This document shows positions 46,637-56,420 of a stretch of DNA of 64,000 nt, one piece after another. Position 1 is the stretch's first letter. Every line of letters starts with the position of its first letter. The stretch is from an uncultured Gammaproteobacteria bacterium (GTDB lineage: Bacteria; Patescibacteriota; Microgenomatia; Levybacterales; GWA1-39-11). Under the pieces are notes generated by a model, which worked only from the letters and a program-made list of their open reading frames with translations, was not told the origin of the DNA and ran no database searches. The stretch is taken from the NCBI GenBank assembly GCA_964409875.1, contig CAYPEN010000001.1, positions 198,637-262,636 on the forward strand, written 5' to 3'. The position numbers and the translations under genes are program-made.

Positions 46637-47416
46637 ATGGTCAAAAATGTGACAATTATAAAGCTGGGCGGCTCTATTATAACCGATAAAACACGTCCGT
46701 ACACTCCCAATGAAAAAGCGTTGAAAATGCTTGCGCTTGAAATAAAAAAAGCGGACATGCCTGTTATTGTCATCCATGGACAAGGCAGTTTTGCACATAC
46801 AAGTGCCAAAAAATACGGAGGGAAGAAGGGATACAAAAGTGAGATGGGAGTAGCAAAAGTTTTTTTGGACGCGATGGATATGAATAGTGTTGTTATGAAG
46901 GCCCTTTATAAAGCAAAGATCCCTGTAGTTTCATTCAGGCCCAACAGTCTTTTTCTAGCGACAAACGGCAAGCTCTCAAAAAATAACCTACAGCCTGTGT
47001 ATGAAGCATTGCAGCAGCGACTCGTGCCGGTATTGTACGGCGATGTCATCATGGACACGGCATGGCAAACGACAATTTTCTCAGGCGAAGTATCAGCCCG
47101 GTATGTGGCGTTATTTTTGGCAAAACACAGTGTAAACGTAAGAAAAATCGTGCAGGTAGGGTGTACCGACGGCGTTGTAGACTCTGATGGAAAAAGTATC
47201 CATCATCTTTCGTATCACTCATTTGCGACGGTCAAGCAACATATTTTTACGACAAAGACAACAGATGTTACGGGAGGAATGCTGCATAAGGTTGAGGAGG
47301 CGGTGCAACTTGCACGGTTGGGGATTCCCACAGTTATTCTCAATGGAACAAGGAGCAAAGAGCTTGAAAAAGCGCTGACAAATAAAAGTTCAAAATTTAC
47401 AACAACCATTCAATGA
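46637..47416 (+). CDS. isopentenyl phosphate kinase / amino-acid-kinase-family protein
   Basis: MVKNVTIIKLGGSIITDK…VIVIHGQGSFAHT… is an amino-acid-kinase fold with the IPK-like N-terminus. Divergent from idi. Confidence 0.65.
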   Translation: MVKNVTIIKLGGSIITDKTRPYTPNEKALKMLALEIKKADMPVIVIHGQGSFAHTSAKKYGGKKGYKSEMGVAKVFLDAMDMNSVVMKALYKAKIPVVSFRPNSLFLATNGKLSKNNLQPVYEALQQRLVPVLYGDVIMDTAWQTTIFSGEVSARYVALFLAKHSVNVRKIVQVGCTDGVVDSDGKSIHHLSYHSFATVKQHIFTTKTTDVTGGMLHKVEEAVQLARLGIPTVILNGTRSKELEKALTNKSSKFTTTIQ

Positions 47417-48102
47417 AACTAAGAAATGAAGGATATTACTCTCACGGACTTGTTCCCGAGAGTGAGCTTAAAAAAGACAAGATAAAAGCGGTTGCCGGTG
47501 TTGTAGTCTCAAAAGACGGCAGACTCTTGGTCGGCACAGAACAAGTAACAAAGCCCGCAACCAGAAAAAAACAAGGACAAATTTCTATTCCTTTTGAAAC
47601 GCTCAAGCCTAATGAGTTGGAGCAAGAGGGAGGATTTGTGAGCGCTCTTTTGACGGAAATTACAACAGATAGGGTAATGCCCGATTTAAGAGGCCGGATG
47701 TATTCGGCCGGGGTCATTGACCAGGTGGAAGTTATGCCTGAGGTGTGGGTTGCGACACTGCTTCTCAAATATGATGGAGAAAGCTGCACGATGCCCTTTG
47801 AGGCACAGCATCCACAAGAGTTCACAGAGCTCCGGTGGATGGGGGTCAAAACTCTAAAATCGTTACCCAATGTGCGTCCCTTTACCACACCTGTGTTGGA
47901 AAGGGTTTTGGAAATAAATAGAAGACACCCTAACAGCGTAGACTTCCGAAGACTGAATCTTGAACCTTATTATCCTTCTGTGTATGAAAATGCACGGGAA
48001 ATGGAGGCAGATGTAGAGTATGGGGGACTTGCCACAGCGATGAGCCATCTTGTCACTATGGATTCACCAAAAGAAATTGATGGCTTTTTTGGGAGCCACT
48101 AA
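47413..48102 (+). CDS. hypothetical protein, weak Nudix-like features
   Basis: …AVAGVVVSKDGRLLVG…GQISIPFETLKPNELEQEGGF… is only a degenerate match to the Nudix box. Confidence 0.3.
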   Translation: MKLRNEGYYSHGLVPESELKKDKIKAVAGVVVSKDGRLLVGTEQVTKPATRKKQGQISIPFETLKPNELEQEGGFVSALLTEITTDRVMPDLRGRMYSAGVIDQVEVMPEVWVATLLLKYDGESCTMPFEAQHPQEFTELRWMGVKTLKSLPNVRPFTTPVLERVLEINRRHPNSVDFRRLNLEPYYPSVYENAREMEADVEYGGLATAMSHLVTMDSPKEIDGFFGSH

Positions 48103-48166
48103 TGCTTGCCAATTATTACAAAAATTGGTACTCTTGTACCACAGATAAAGGAGGTGTAATTTTTTT

Positions 48167-48457
48167 ATGATAAATCCATTCAAACAAGCAGCAGAAATCA
48201 AAAAACTCCGCGATCAGGCAAAAAGAATTCAAGACGAACTAGCACAAATTGAGGTTGAAGTTGAGAAGGGAAGAGTAAGAATTGTTATGAGCGGTGACAT
48301 GAAGGTAAAAACGCTTGAAATCAACGGAGAGGAAATGAAAGATGCAAAAGACGCAGTCAATGAAGCAGTAGACAAAGCCCAGAAGAAGTCGGCCCAGAAG
48401 ATGCAACAGATGGGTGGCGGGCTCCAGGAGCTTTTGAGCGGACTCGGCCAAGGCTAA
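48167..48457 (+). CDS. ybaB: nucleoid-associated protein YbaB/EbfC family
   Basis: 96 aa. …QAKRIQDELAQIEVEVEKGRVRIVMSGDMKVKTLEINGE… and a C-terminal MGGGLQ tail typical of YbaB. Confidence 0.8.
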   Translation: MINPFKQAAEIKKLRDQAKRIQDELAQIEVEVEKGRVRIVMSGDMKVKTLEINGEEMKDAKDAVNEAVDKAQKKSAQKMQQMGGGLQELLSGLGQG

Positions 48458-48546
48458 TTTTAAATTTTTAATTTTTATTGAATTTTTAAAATTTAATTAT
48501 TTAAAATTGATTTTAAATTTCAAATTTAGAATTTGAATTTATATTT
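48456..48546. repeat. AT-rich low-complexity tract of AATTT/TTTAAA units (family member 1)
   Basis: ttttaaatttttaatttttattgaatttttaaaatttaatt…tttagaatttgaattt lies between ybaB and prs. Similar tracts at 61728-61814 and 62304-62416. Confidence 0.7.
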
Positions 48547-49455
48547 ATGTTGTTATTTGGTGACGACCAGAACAAGGAATTATCTGAAGGCTTAGCGGCC
48601 GCCCTATCATTACCACTTCATTTCCCCGAGATTACCGTTTTTCCCGATGGAGAACGGAGAATCCGGCTTTCCGAAAGCGTAGTTGAAAAAGACGTAGTTT
48701 TTTTAAAGACTGCCTCTGTTACTCCCAATGTTGATTCTTTTATCGTCGAGACCGCGTTTCTTATTGATGCTATCAAAAGAAGCGGAGCCGACAGTGTTAC
48801 CGGTGTTATCCCTTATATTCCCTATTCCCGCGCAGACCATGTATTCCGTGATGGCGAGCCGGTGCCTTTGGAGGTAGTTATCAATATGTTCGAGCGTGCA
48901 GGGCTTTCAAAAATTGTTTTTGTAGACCCCCACACCATAAAAATGCAAGAAATGTTTTCTATTAATGTCGTTAATTTATCAGCACTTTCCCTTTTTGCAA
49001 AGACAATAAAAACTCTTGAATTTGACCGTGAGAACGCGGTTATTGTGAGTCCTGACATGGGCGGATTAAGAAGAATGGAGCAATTGTCACAGCTTCTTAA
49101 CAATATGCCATTTGCCTCAATTGAGAAAGACAGGAATTACGATGACGGGTCTATTAAAGCAAACGGAATTCACGGGGAGATTAAAAAAACCTGTTTTGTT
49201 GTTGATGACATCATTTCATCAGGCAGAACTATCGTGCAGGCGGTGGAAAAACTGAAAGATAAAGGAGCAGAGGACATATATGTTTTTGCGACTCATCCTG
49301 TGCTTTCTGAGGAGGCTAGTCACATACTTGAAAAGTGCGGTGCGAAAAAGATTTATATTACGGATTCGCTTCCGGTACGTCAAGAAAAACGGTTTGAGAC
49401 GCTTGAAGTTCTAACCCTCGCTCCGCTTCTTGCTGAGGCTCTTCAGGGGAAGTAG
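48547..49455 (+). CDS. prs: ribose-phosphate pyrophosphokinase (PRPP synthetase)
   Basis: PRPP-binding loop FVVDDIISSGRTIVQAV and overall Prs pattern. Confidence 0.85.
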   Translation: MLLFGDDQNKELSEGLAAALSLPLHFPEITVFPDGERRIRLSESVVEKDVVFLKTASVTPNVDSFIVETAFLIDAIKRSGADSVTGVIPYIPYSRADHVFRDGEPVPLEVVINMFERAGLSKIVFVDPHTIKMQEMFSINVVNLSALSLFAKTIKTLEFDRENAVIVSPDMGGLRRMEQLSQLLNNMPFASIEKDRNYDDGSIKANGIHGEIKKTCFVVDDIISSGRTIVQAVEKLKDKGAEDIYVFATHPVLSEEASHILEKCGAKKIYITDSLPVRQEKRFETLEVLTLAPLLAEALQGK

Positions 49456-49831
49456 GTTGTAATGGATTCTCTCTGTTAGCCTTGAAGAACAATCTGGACA
49501 TAACCGCTTCTCCGGCTCCTATTATTGTCCAATTTACCGCATTTTTTACATTCCCTTCAGACAACTGATGCAGAGCTTCGCCTGCTGCTTGCATAGAAAG
49601 TAGAGTACCACTTATGTAGAGGGCTTTTCTAAAGTTATGTGTAAAAGGAGTTTCAGGTCCTCTCATTCATTTAGTATATTCCGAAAACAAAAATTTACAA
49701 TACGGCCGTTTGTAAGGCTATTGTGAGGTTGTTAAAAGGAATATATCAAGTTTAAGTTCATTTTGAGCGGTAAACTGCATTTAGTAAAAAAAATAAAAGA
49801 CAGAAGATATTAGTCAGAAGTTTCGGAAAAT

Positions 49832-50074
49832 ATGAAAAACGCAAATGCAGAAATAATGAAAAGAAATAACAGCGAGAGCATGGATTTAAAACAAATGCTT
49901 GATGAAGCAAAGATGAGGGTTACTGACGAGCAAATGGAAGCGCATGAGTCGGAAGAAGAGGCACGAAGTTTGGAGTTGGAACTGCGGGAAGCACAAGCCG
50001 CACACGAGAGACGCGAAGAAGCCGAAAGGCAAGGCAAAGAAACCAATGAAAAAATAGCAGAACTGACAGGATAA
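49832..50074 (+). CDS. hypothetical acidic coiled-coil protein (80 aa)
   Basis: ORF only. Confidence 0.4.
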   Translation: MKNANAEIMKRNNSESMDLKQMLDEAKMRVTDEQMEAHESEEEARSLELELREAQAAHERREEAERQGKETNEKIAELTG

Positions 50075-50077
50075 ACG

Positions 50078-50142
50078 TAATAGCTAATAGTCAAGCCAAG
50101 TATATGTTTTAGCTATTAATTATTAACTATTAAATATTAACC
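50078..50142. repeat. inverted-repeat element, TTAATAGTTAATAG family (member 2)
   Basis: Left arm taatagctaatagtcaag. Right arm agctattaattattaactattaaatattaacc. Confidence 0.6.
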
Positions 50143-50156
50143 ATAAGCTTAAATAT

Positions 50157-50453
50157 ATGACATACAAAGCATTACAAACTAATTTTGAACGGGAACTTTT
50201 GTTCCATCTCATTTTCAATATGAAACAGGGGAGGACGTCCTCCGCTCGGGCCCGTGAAATTGCAAGAGAATTCTTAAGTGTATTAAAAGCCGAAGAGGAT
50301 GCACAAGGATTTATGAATTCACTTTCAAAAAAAGCGGAATATTATCCTGAAATGCGTAGTGCGTTTTTAACGGTAGCATCAGAATTTGAAAAAGAAATGG
50401 TTGATGAAAATCTTGAAAGAGTAAGAAACATGTTGAAAGGAGGCATTAATTAA
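50157..50453 (+). CDS. hypothetical protein (98 aa)
   Basis: ORF only. Confidence 0.4.
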   Translation: MTYKALQTNFERELLFHLIFNMKQGRTSSARAREIAREFLSVLKAEEDAQGFMNSLSKKAEYYPEMRSAFLTVASEFEKEMVDENLERVRNMLKGGIN

Positions 50454-50454
50454 T

Positions 50455-51231
50455 ATGGAAGATATGGAAATGACACCAATGACAAATGGCGCAGCAGTTG
50501 CGGTAACCCAACCACAGGTAGAGCAACCGGTTGAAGTTGGGTCAACAAATGACACGGTAACGTCTAGGGAAGTTTTTTCCGACCCGGCATTGGAGGTCGA
50601 TACACCCAGAGATGAGGCGGAAATGCTTTTCAAATCTGCAAAAGAGGAGGGATTTGAAGAAGCGTTGACACATTTGGCAGAAGGAGATTTTGAGGAAAAT
50701 CCAGTTGAAGAAGCGATGGTAGAGGCGGAAACATCTGAAAAAGATTTGGCAAAAAAAGATAGTAAGGAAGGTGAAGTTGAGGAGGTTCCTGAAAAAGAGA
50801 GAGAAGAACTTTTGGAAAAAATAGAAACGCTTGAGGGGAAAGTATCGGCACTAATAGAGCGCAATGAGGAGCTCAATGAAAGGCTCATAAAAGCGGAAGA
50901 ACGTGCACAACTATCTCAGGAAATGCTTGTTGAGATGTTCAAATATCTTTATGAATTAGCCAAGAAAGAGGAGGACGAAAAGAAAAAGTTAAGCCTTTTT
51001 GAAGTGCTTCTCTCCTTTATCGCAAAATTTATGATTACAGTTGTTGACCCTGATGCAAAAATAGAAGATGACAAAAAGACCACGACAGCTACCACTTCAA
51101 AGCAAAAGAAGAGTAACTCTATGGATGAAATGATAAAATTTTTGAAAGAGAAAGGGATGGTGAGTGTAGGAAATGATATTCCAGGGCAGACCACGCCTCA
51201 CACTTCAGAAACCCAGCCGGTAGCAGTATAA
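50455..51231 (+). CDS. hypothetical acidic coiled-coil protein (258 aa)
   Basis: Glu-rich, with a coiled-coil middle region. Starts 2 nt after the upstream stop. Confidence 0.45.
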   Translation: MEDMEMTPMTNGAAVAVTQPQVEQPVEVGSTNDTVTSREVFSDPALEVDTPRDEAEMLFKSAKEEGFEEALTHLAEGDFEENPVEEAMVEAETSEKDLAKKDSKEGEVEEVPEKEREELLEKIETLEGKVSALIERNEELNERLIKAEERAQLSQEMLVEMFKYLYELAKKEEDEKKKLSLFEVLLSFIAKFMITVVDPDAKIEDDKKTTTATTSKQKKSNSMDEMIKFLKEKGMVSVGNDIPGQTTPHTSETQPVAV

Positions 51232-51273
51232 TCCATAATTCTCAATTCAGACGCAAGATGGTATACTAACTCC

Positions 51274-52500
51274 ATGCGTTATTCGAATTTGTTCCCAAAA
51301 ACCATTAAAGAAGCGCCCAGTGAAGAAGTTGCAGTGAATGCAAAGTATCTGATACGGGGAGGGTTTATAGACAAGCTGATGGCCGGGTCTTATACGCTCT
51401 TGCCACTGGGTAGGATTGTCGAGCGAAAAATCGAGCACATCGTAAGAGAAGAGATGAACGCGACAGGTGCTCAGGAGATACTGATGCCGCTACTTCACCC
51501 CAAAAGCATATGGAATGAGACTGGACGTTGGGATTCTGCAAAAGAGGTAATGTATCAATTTAAAAAAGATGAAAAAGAATACGCCTTGTCATTTACCCAT
51601 GAAGAAATAGTCCTTGATGTAATACGAAAACACGCGACAACTTACAGGGATTTTCCGGTAAAAATCTATCATTTTTCAACAAAATTCCGAAACGAGCTGA
51701 GGGCAAAATCGGGAATTCTAAGAGGAAGGGAATTTTTAATGAAAGATTTGTACAGTGCGCATGTGTCACGAGAAGATTTGGATACATATTATGAAGAGGT
51801 AAAAAAGGCCTATCTGAAGGTTTTTGAAAGATTGGGACTCAAGGCATTAGTGGTTGAAGCGTCAGGTGGTGTTTTTACAGAGAGCAACACTCACGAATTT
51901 CAGGTATTAGCCGAGAGCGGAGAGGATGAAATCATTTACTGTCCGGGAGGGGATTTCGCACAGAATAAAGAAATTGCGAACGTAGCTGAAGGGAAAGAGT
52001 GTGATTTGGGACATGGTCCACTAAAAAAGGCAAGAGCAATTGAAGTCGGAAATATCTTTAGATTTGGAACCGTTTACAGTGAAAAAATGAATGTTTCTTT
52101 CACCGATAGCGATGGAAGTAAAAAATTTGCATGGTTTGGAAGCTATGGAATCGGTCTGACTCGAATGGTTGGGGTATTGGCTGAAGTTTTCCACGACGAG
52201 AAAGGTATTATTTGGCCTGAGAGCGTTGCTCCATTTAGAGTATACCTTATCTCTTTTGGCAAAGATGATGAAGCTGAAGCGCTGTATGAAGACCTACAGG
52301 ATAAAGGTATAGACGTTTTGTATGATGACAGGGACAAAACAGCCGGTGAGAAATTTGCCGACTGCGACTTGCTGGGTATTCCGTTAAGGGTTGTTTTGTC
52401 TCATAAGCTTGAAGAAGGGAAAGTTGAAGTGAAAAAAAGAAGTGAGAGTGAAGCAAAGGTGATAACAAAAGAAGAGCTTTTTAATAATTTCCTCTCTTAG
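51274..52500 (+). CDS. proS: prolyl-tRNA synthetase (short form, no insertion/editing domain)
   Basis: N-terminus …LIRGGFIDKLMAGSYTLLPLGRIVERKIEHIVREEM… is the class II ProRS pattern. 408 aa. Confidence 0.9.
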   Translation: MRYSNLFPKTIKEAPSEEVAVNAKYLIRGGFIDKLMAGSYTLLPLGRIVERKIEHIVREEMNATGAQEILMPLLHPKSIWNETGRWDSAKEVMYQFKKDEKEYALSFTHEEIVLDVIRKHATTYRDFPVKIYHFSTKFRNELRAKSGILRGREFLMKDLYSAHVSREDLDTYYEEVKKAYLKVFERLGLKALVVEASGGVFTESNTHEFQVLAESGEDEIIYCPGGDFAQNKEIANVAEGKECDLGHGPLKKARAIEVGNIFRFGTVYSEKMNVSFTDSDGSKKFAWFGSYGIGLTRMVGVLAEVFHDEKGIIWPESVAPFRVYLISFGKDDEAEALYEDLQDKGIDVLYDDRDKTAGEKFADCDLLGIPLRVVLSHKLEEGKVEVKKRSESEAKVITKEELFNNFLS

Positions 52501-53009
52501 TGCTTAATGAAGCCAAAGATAATTGCCCAGAAAACTCCCCATACGGCAATAAATACAACCCCAATTCCGATAAGAAGAGGCATTGTGAGTTTGAATTTCC
52601 CTTTCGGTGCTTTTGCCTCTGCGGCCTGTGGTGCATTCATTACACTTGAAGAGGGGGTACTCCCGCTATAAGAGAACGTATTTCCCTCAGAAATAGGTCG
52701 GGGTGGTGTGTTTGATAACGCATCTTCTGCGGTTCCGGGCATTGGCGGCATCGATGGCGAAGAAGGCGGTGGCATAACCGGTGTGGCAGCCGGTTGAGCG
52801 CTAACTGTGGGGGGAGGAGGAGTAGCACTTACGGTTGGCTGCGGTGTTGCAGGGGAAGGGGCTGTTGTGCCTGTGGGAGGAGGAGGGGTAGCCGGTTGCA
52901 ATGGTTCTGCGGTTGCTTTTGGTTGTGCTTGAGTGGAAGCAGACGTATTCATGACTCTATCGTAGATTTCTTTCAGCTCAGGAGTAAGGTTAGTTTTCTT
53001 GGAATCCAT
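52497..53009 (-). CDS. Pro/Thr-rich protein with C-terminal TM anchor
   Basis: Pro/Thr/Ala-rich low-complexity body and a C-terminal hydrophobic helix. Confidence 0.45.
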   Translation of the reverse strand: MDSKKTNLTPELKEIYDRVMNTSASTQAQPKATAEPLQPATPPPPTGTTAPSPATPQPTVSATPPPPTVSAQPAATPVMPPPSSPSMPPMPGTAEDALSNTPPRPISEGNTFSYSGSTPSSSVMNAPQAAEAKAPKGKFKLTMPLLIGIGVVFIAVWGVFWAIIFGFIKH

Positions 53010-53192
53010 ATACTTAGTTTATTTACAATCATTTACTAAAGTCAAGTTCATTGTGTTTGAGCCTAATTAACTGTATACTAAAGGTACAAATTTAAATCAA
53101 AAATTATTTTATGAAACGAATCATATCATCAACTCATTGTTCGATTCACTCACAATGAGCCTCAAGATACGATTTTTATTTAAATTAAATAT

Positions 53193-54080
53193 ATGAAAAA
53201 AATCGTTACCCACAAATCTTGCGACCTTGATGCCATTTCCTCAGTTTGGCTTATAAAGAGGTTCTTAATCGGATGGGAAGATGCGGTAGCGGAATTTGTG
53301 AATGCCGGTGAGAAGCTCTCGGGAACCTACGAAAAGGAGGGGGAGGCAATTGAAATTGTCGATGGGATACCTACAATCCATGTTGATACCGGCATGGGGG
53401 CTTTAGATCACCATCAGACTCCGGATAACAACGTGTGCGCAGCACGTAAGACTTTTGAGTTCATATTAACGCAGGAAACCCAGCTTCACAAACGTGACAA
53501 CCAGCGGGAAGCCGTACGGCGTATTGTTGAGCTTGTTATTGACGACGACCATTTTCAGGAAGTGTATTATCCCGACGCTAACCATGATGTGTATGAGTCA
53601 GGCATTGTTGCACTTATCCAAGGATACAAACTCCTTCACAAAGGGGATGATATGGCGTTGGTTGAATTTGGATTTGAACTTTTGGATGACATGGTGCACA
53701 ATTTGGAGGCCAAAATCTGGGCAGAGAGTGAGATAAAAGAAAAAGGGGTAGAATTTGAATCAAAATGGGGGAAAGCAGTTGCGGTTGAGACCATTAATGA
53801 TGAGGTTCTCAAGCGCGCGCAGATGATGGGATATGTGGTATCGGTCAGGCGTGACCCTTCATACGGATATATTAGGATAAAAGCTTTGCCCGACAAACGC
53901 GGTTCTGAAAGCTTGAATATTGACCTAACACCTGTTTATGAAAAACTCAAAGAGATGGATCCTGAGGCGACGTGGTTCTTGCACGCGTCAAAAAGGATGT
54001 TATTAAACGGCAGTTCTAAAAATCCTGACATGAAAGGCAGCAAGCTTACCCTTGATCAGGTAATTGAGGTTTTGAAGTAG
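53193..54080 (+). CDS. DHH-family phosphoesterase (NrnA-like, putative)
   Basis: Motif [13 protein letters not shown] and motif III LDHHQT. Confidence 0.55.
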   Translation: MKKIVTHKSCDLDAISSVWLIKRFLIGWEDAVAEFVNAGEKLSGTYEKEGEAIEIVDGIPTIHVDTGMGALDHHQTPDNNVCAARKTFEFILTQETQLHKRDNQREAVRRIVELVIDDDHFQEVYYPDANHDVYESGIVALIQGYKLLHKGDDMALVEFGFELLDDMVHNLEAKIWAESEIKEKGVEFESKWGKAVAVETINDEVLKRAQMMGYVVSVRRDPSYGYIRIKALPDKRGSESLNIDLTPVYEKLKEMDPEATWFLHASKRMLLNGSSKNPDMKGSKLTLDQVIEVLK

Positions 54081-54993
54081 TATCGTTATTTTCTGATTTT
54101 TTCAAATCTTCCAGCATCTCGTCTATTTCCCCGTCCATAAATGTGGGTAAATTGTGGTAGGATTTACCGATTCTGTGGTCCGTTACCCGGTCTTGAGGGA
54201 AATTGTAGGTCCTGATTTTCTCATTTCTCATCCCTCGTCCAACCTGCGTTGACTTGAGTTCCGCAATTTCCATATGCTGCTTTTCCACCTCTTGCTCCCA
54301 CAGCTTTGCGCGAAGAAGGCTCATTGCATTCTCCCTGTTCTGGATTTGTGACCGCTCTGTCTGGCAGGTGACGACAAGACCTGTAGGGATATGTTTAAGA
54401 CGCACTGCTGTCGAGACTTTATTGACATTCTGTCCTCCGTGTCCACCTGCACGGTATGCTTCAAATTCGATGTCTTCGGGACGGATATGCAGGTCAATAT
54501 CTTGCAACTCAGGCAATATGGAAACGACTGCAGTTGAAGTGTGAACCCGGCCCCGTTTTTCTGTAAGCGGTACTCTTTGAACTCGATGAACTCCTGATTC
54601 AAATTTAAATATTCCGAAGGCATTTTTACTCATAACCTTAATGCTGTCCTCGTCAATCATTTCCTTTGGAATATTATGTCTTTCGCAGTAGCGGATATAC
54701 ATCCGTAAGAGTTCGCGTGCAAAAATTGAAGCTTCATCGCCCCCCGCAGCACCTTTCACCTCAATTATGGCGTGTCTTGTGTCGAGGGAAGCGCCCGGGT
54801 CCGGTTTTTCTTCGTATGTGACTTCAAAAACAGAAGTATCAACGTGTTTTTCCAATTCTTCTTTCTGTTTTTTGAGTGTATTTATCTCCTCGTGTGCCAA
54901 AACAGACATTTCAGGATCAGACAAAAGCTTTTCAGCTTCGGATATCTTGAAATCTATTTCGTAAAGTTGTGCAAGGAGTTCGTCTTTGTTCAT
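54046..54993 (-). CDS. prfA: peptide chain release factor 1
   Basis: Motif 1: GGQ ([10 protein letters not shown]). Motif 2: RF1-type [17 protein letters not shown] (PxT-like). Motif 3: [15 protein letters not shown]. Confidence 0.8.
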   Translation of the reverse strand: MNKDELLAQLYEIDFKISEAEKLLSDPEMSVLAHEEINTLKKQKEELEKHVDTSVFEVTYEEKPDPGASLDTRHAIIEVKGAAGGDEASIFARELLRMYIRYCERHNIPKEMIDEDSIKVMSKNAFGIFKFESGVHRVQRVPLTEKRGRVHTSTAVVSILPELQDIDLHIRPEDIEFEAYRAGGHGGQNVNKVSTAVRLKHIPTGLVVTCQTERSQIQNRENAMSLLRAKLWEQEVEKQHMEIAELKSTQVGRGMRNEKIRTYNFPQDRVTDHRIGKSYHNLPTFMDGEIDEMLEDLKKSENNDTTSKPQLPDQG

Positions 54994-55079
54994 GGTTGGT
55001 ATATGGTATGTAGTATATAGTATTTAGTATAAATTGGAAAAAATACAAAATACCAAATACAAGATACAAACTACTGGGG

Positions 55080-55367
55080 TTAGCCTTTCTTGAGGGCTTC
55101 GAGCATTTCGCGCAGAGTCTTGGGGCGGTTGTCCTCGGCGGTTTCTTTTTGCGCTTTTTTAACAACAGGGCGTGCAGCTTCCATTTTCTTCTGGAATTTC
55201 TCAATTCTTGAAGCAGTGTCAACGAATTTTTGCTGACCAGTGTAGAAAGGATGGCAATTGTAGCAAAGTTCAACCGTGATTCTTTCGGAGGTTGAGCCCA
55301 CAGTAAAAGCGTTGCCGCATGAGCAGGTTACCTGTGCTTCGTAATATTTTGGATGGATTTGCGCTTT
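55080..55367 (-). CDS. rpmE: 50S ribosomal protein L31 with C-terminal extension
   Basis: [20 protein letters not shown]…[13 protein letters not shown] matches the L31 pattern. Start chosen at MKAQIHP. Confidence 0.8.
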   Translation of the reverse strand, partial: KAQIHPKYYEAQVTCSCGNAFTVGSTSERITVELCYNCHPFYTGQQKFVDTASRIEKFQKKMEAARPVVKKAQKETAEDNRPKTLREMLEALKKG

Positions 55368-55508
55368 CATATTCGGACTATTATAGCTGATTTTGAGTTT
55401 ATTTGCAATTGAAATATTAGCGAAGCGACTATATGGGAGCGGAGCCAAGAATATTTTCCTATTTTAGGAAGTTTTTTTAAACTTCCGCATACGATAATGA
55501 AAATAGGC

Positions 55509-56420
55509 TTATTTCTTCAAAAACAAATGGAATGGGTGATAATGGAGTCGACCCTCGGCCAAAAGAATTCCAAGAATTACAAGTACTGAGCCTACAACAA
55601 ATGTGGTATCGGGGAATTCCCCTAAAAGAGGAGCAGCAACAAGAATTGTGATAACCGGGTCGATATAAGTAAAAACCCCCACATCTGCTGCTGTCAGGTA
55701 TTTGAGGGCGTATGTTTGGAAAAAGTAGGCAATAAGAGAGGAAAAGAAGATTCCAAAGGCAAGCCCGATAATTCCATGAAGGTTGAGGTTGGGGAGAAAC
55801 CCAAATGTATTTACTTCATGGATAAAAAACGGAATAAATCCAATTGAACCTGTTATAAATGTCCAAAATGTAATTGCGTATGGATTATTGCGCTTCATCA
55901 TTTTGCGCATAATGATGACCGACGACGCGCTTCCCATCATCGCAAAAAGGTAATAAAGATTACCAACCGCTGCGATTTTCCCGTCAAGAATGAGGGGTGC
56001 ACCAAGCACAATAATGACCCCAATAAGGCCGATGAGAGAACCAGTTATGAGTTTGTGCTTTGGTTTTTCCCTTTTAAGAAAGAAAAGCGAGTAGAGTATG
56101 AGAAAAATTGGGGCGGAGGAGGCAATAAGTGCAGCATTTATACTGGGTGCTTTCAAAAGTCCATGGAAGAAAAAGGAAATATTCACCGTAATTCCCAAAA
56201 AGCCGGCAAAAAAGATATTCAAATAATCTTTTTTATGCAGCGTTAAACGGTCTCTTACAAATGGGTACATGAGGATAGGGGGGACAATAAACCGCAGGAA
56301 CGCAAGTGTATAAGGATGCACATCTGACAACGCCCATTTGAATATAGGGGGTGCTGCACCCCAAATCATATTGGCAACAATGAGCGCGAGAATGGCGGTT
56401 TGGGGTTTAGACAATCGCAT
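55509..56420 (-). CDS. EamA/DMT-superfamily transporter
   Basis: Ten predicted TM helices in two repeated halves. Confidence 0.7.
   Translation of the reverse strand: MRLSKPQTAILALIVANMIWGAAPPIFKWALSDVHPYTLAFLRFIVPPILMYPFVRDRLTLHKKDYLNIFFAGFLGITVNISFFFHGLLKAPSINAALIASSAPIFLILYSLFFLKREKPKHKLITGSLIGLIGVIIVLGAPLILDGKIAAVGNLYYLFAMMGSASSVIIMRKMMKRNNPYAITFWTFITGSIGFIPFFIHEVNTFGFLPNLNLHGIIGLAFGIFFSSLIAYFFQTYALKYLTAADVGVFTYIDPVITILVAAPLLGEFPDTTFVVGSVLVILGILLAEGRLHYHPFHLFLKK

Noticed and set aside
49358-49666. 102-aa minus ORF overlapping the prs 3' end
   Set aside because: It overlaps ~100 nt of prs coding sequence. Only the distal part could be real, as a small membrane peptide. Evidence is insufficient.
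50379-50888. 169-aa Ser-rich minus-strand ORF
   Set aside because: Antisense to the Glu-rich gene 50455-51231. Ser-rich, the mirror image of GAA/GAG codons.
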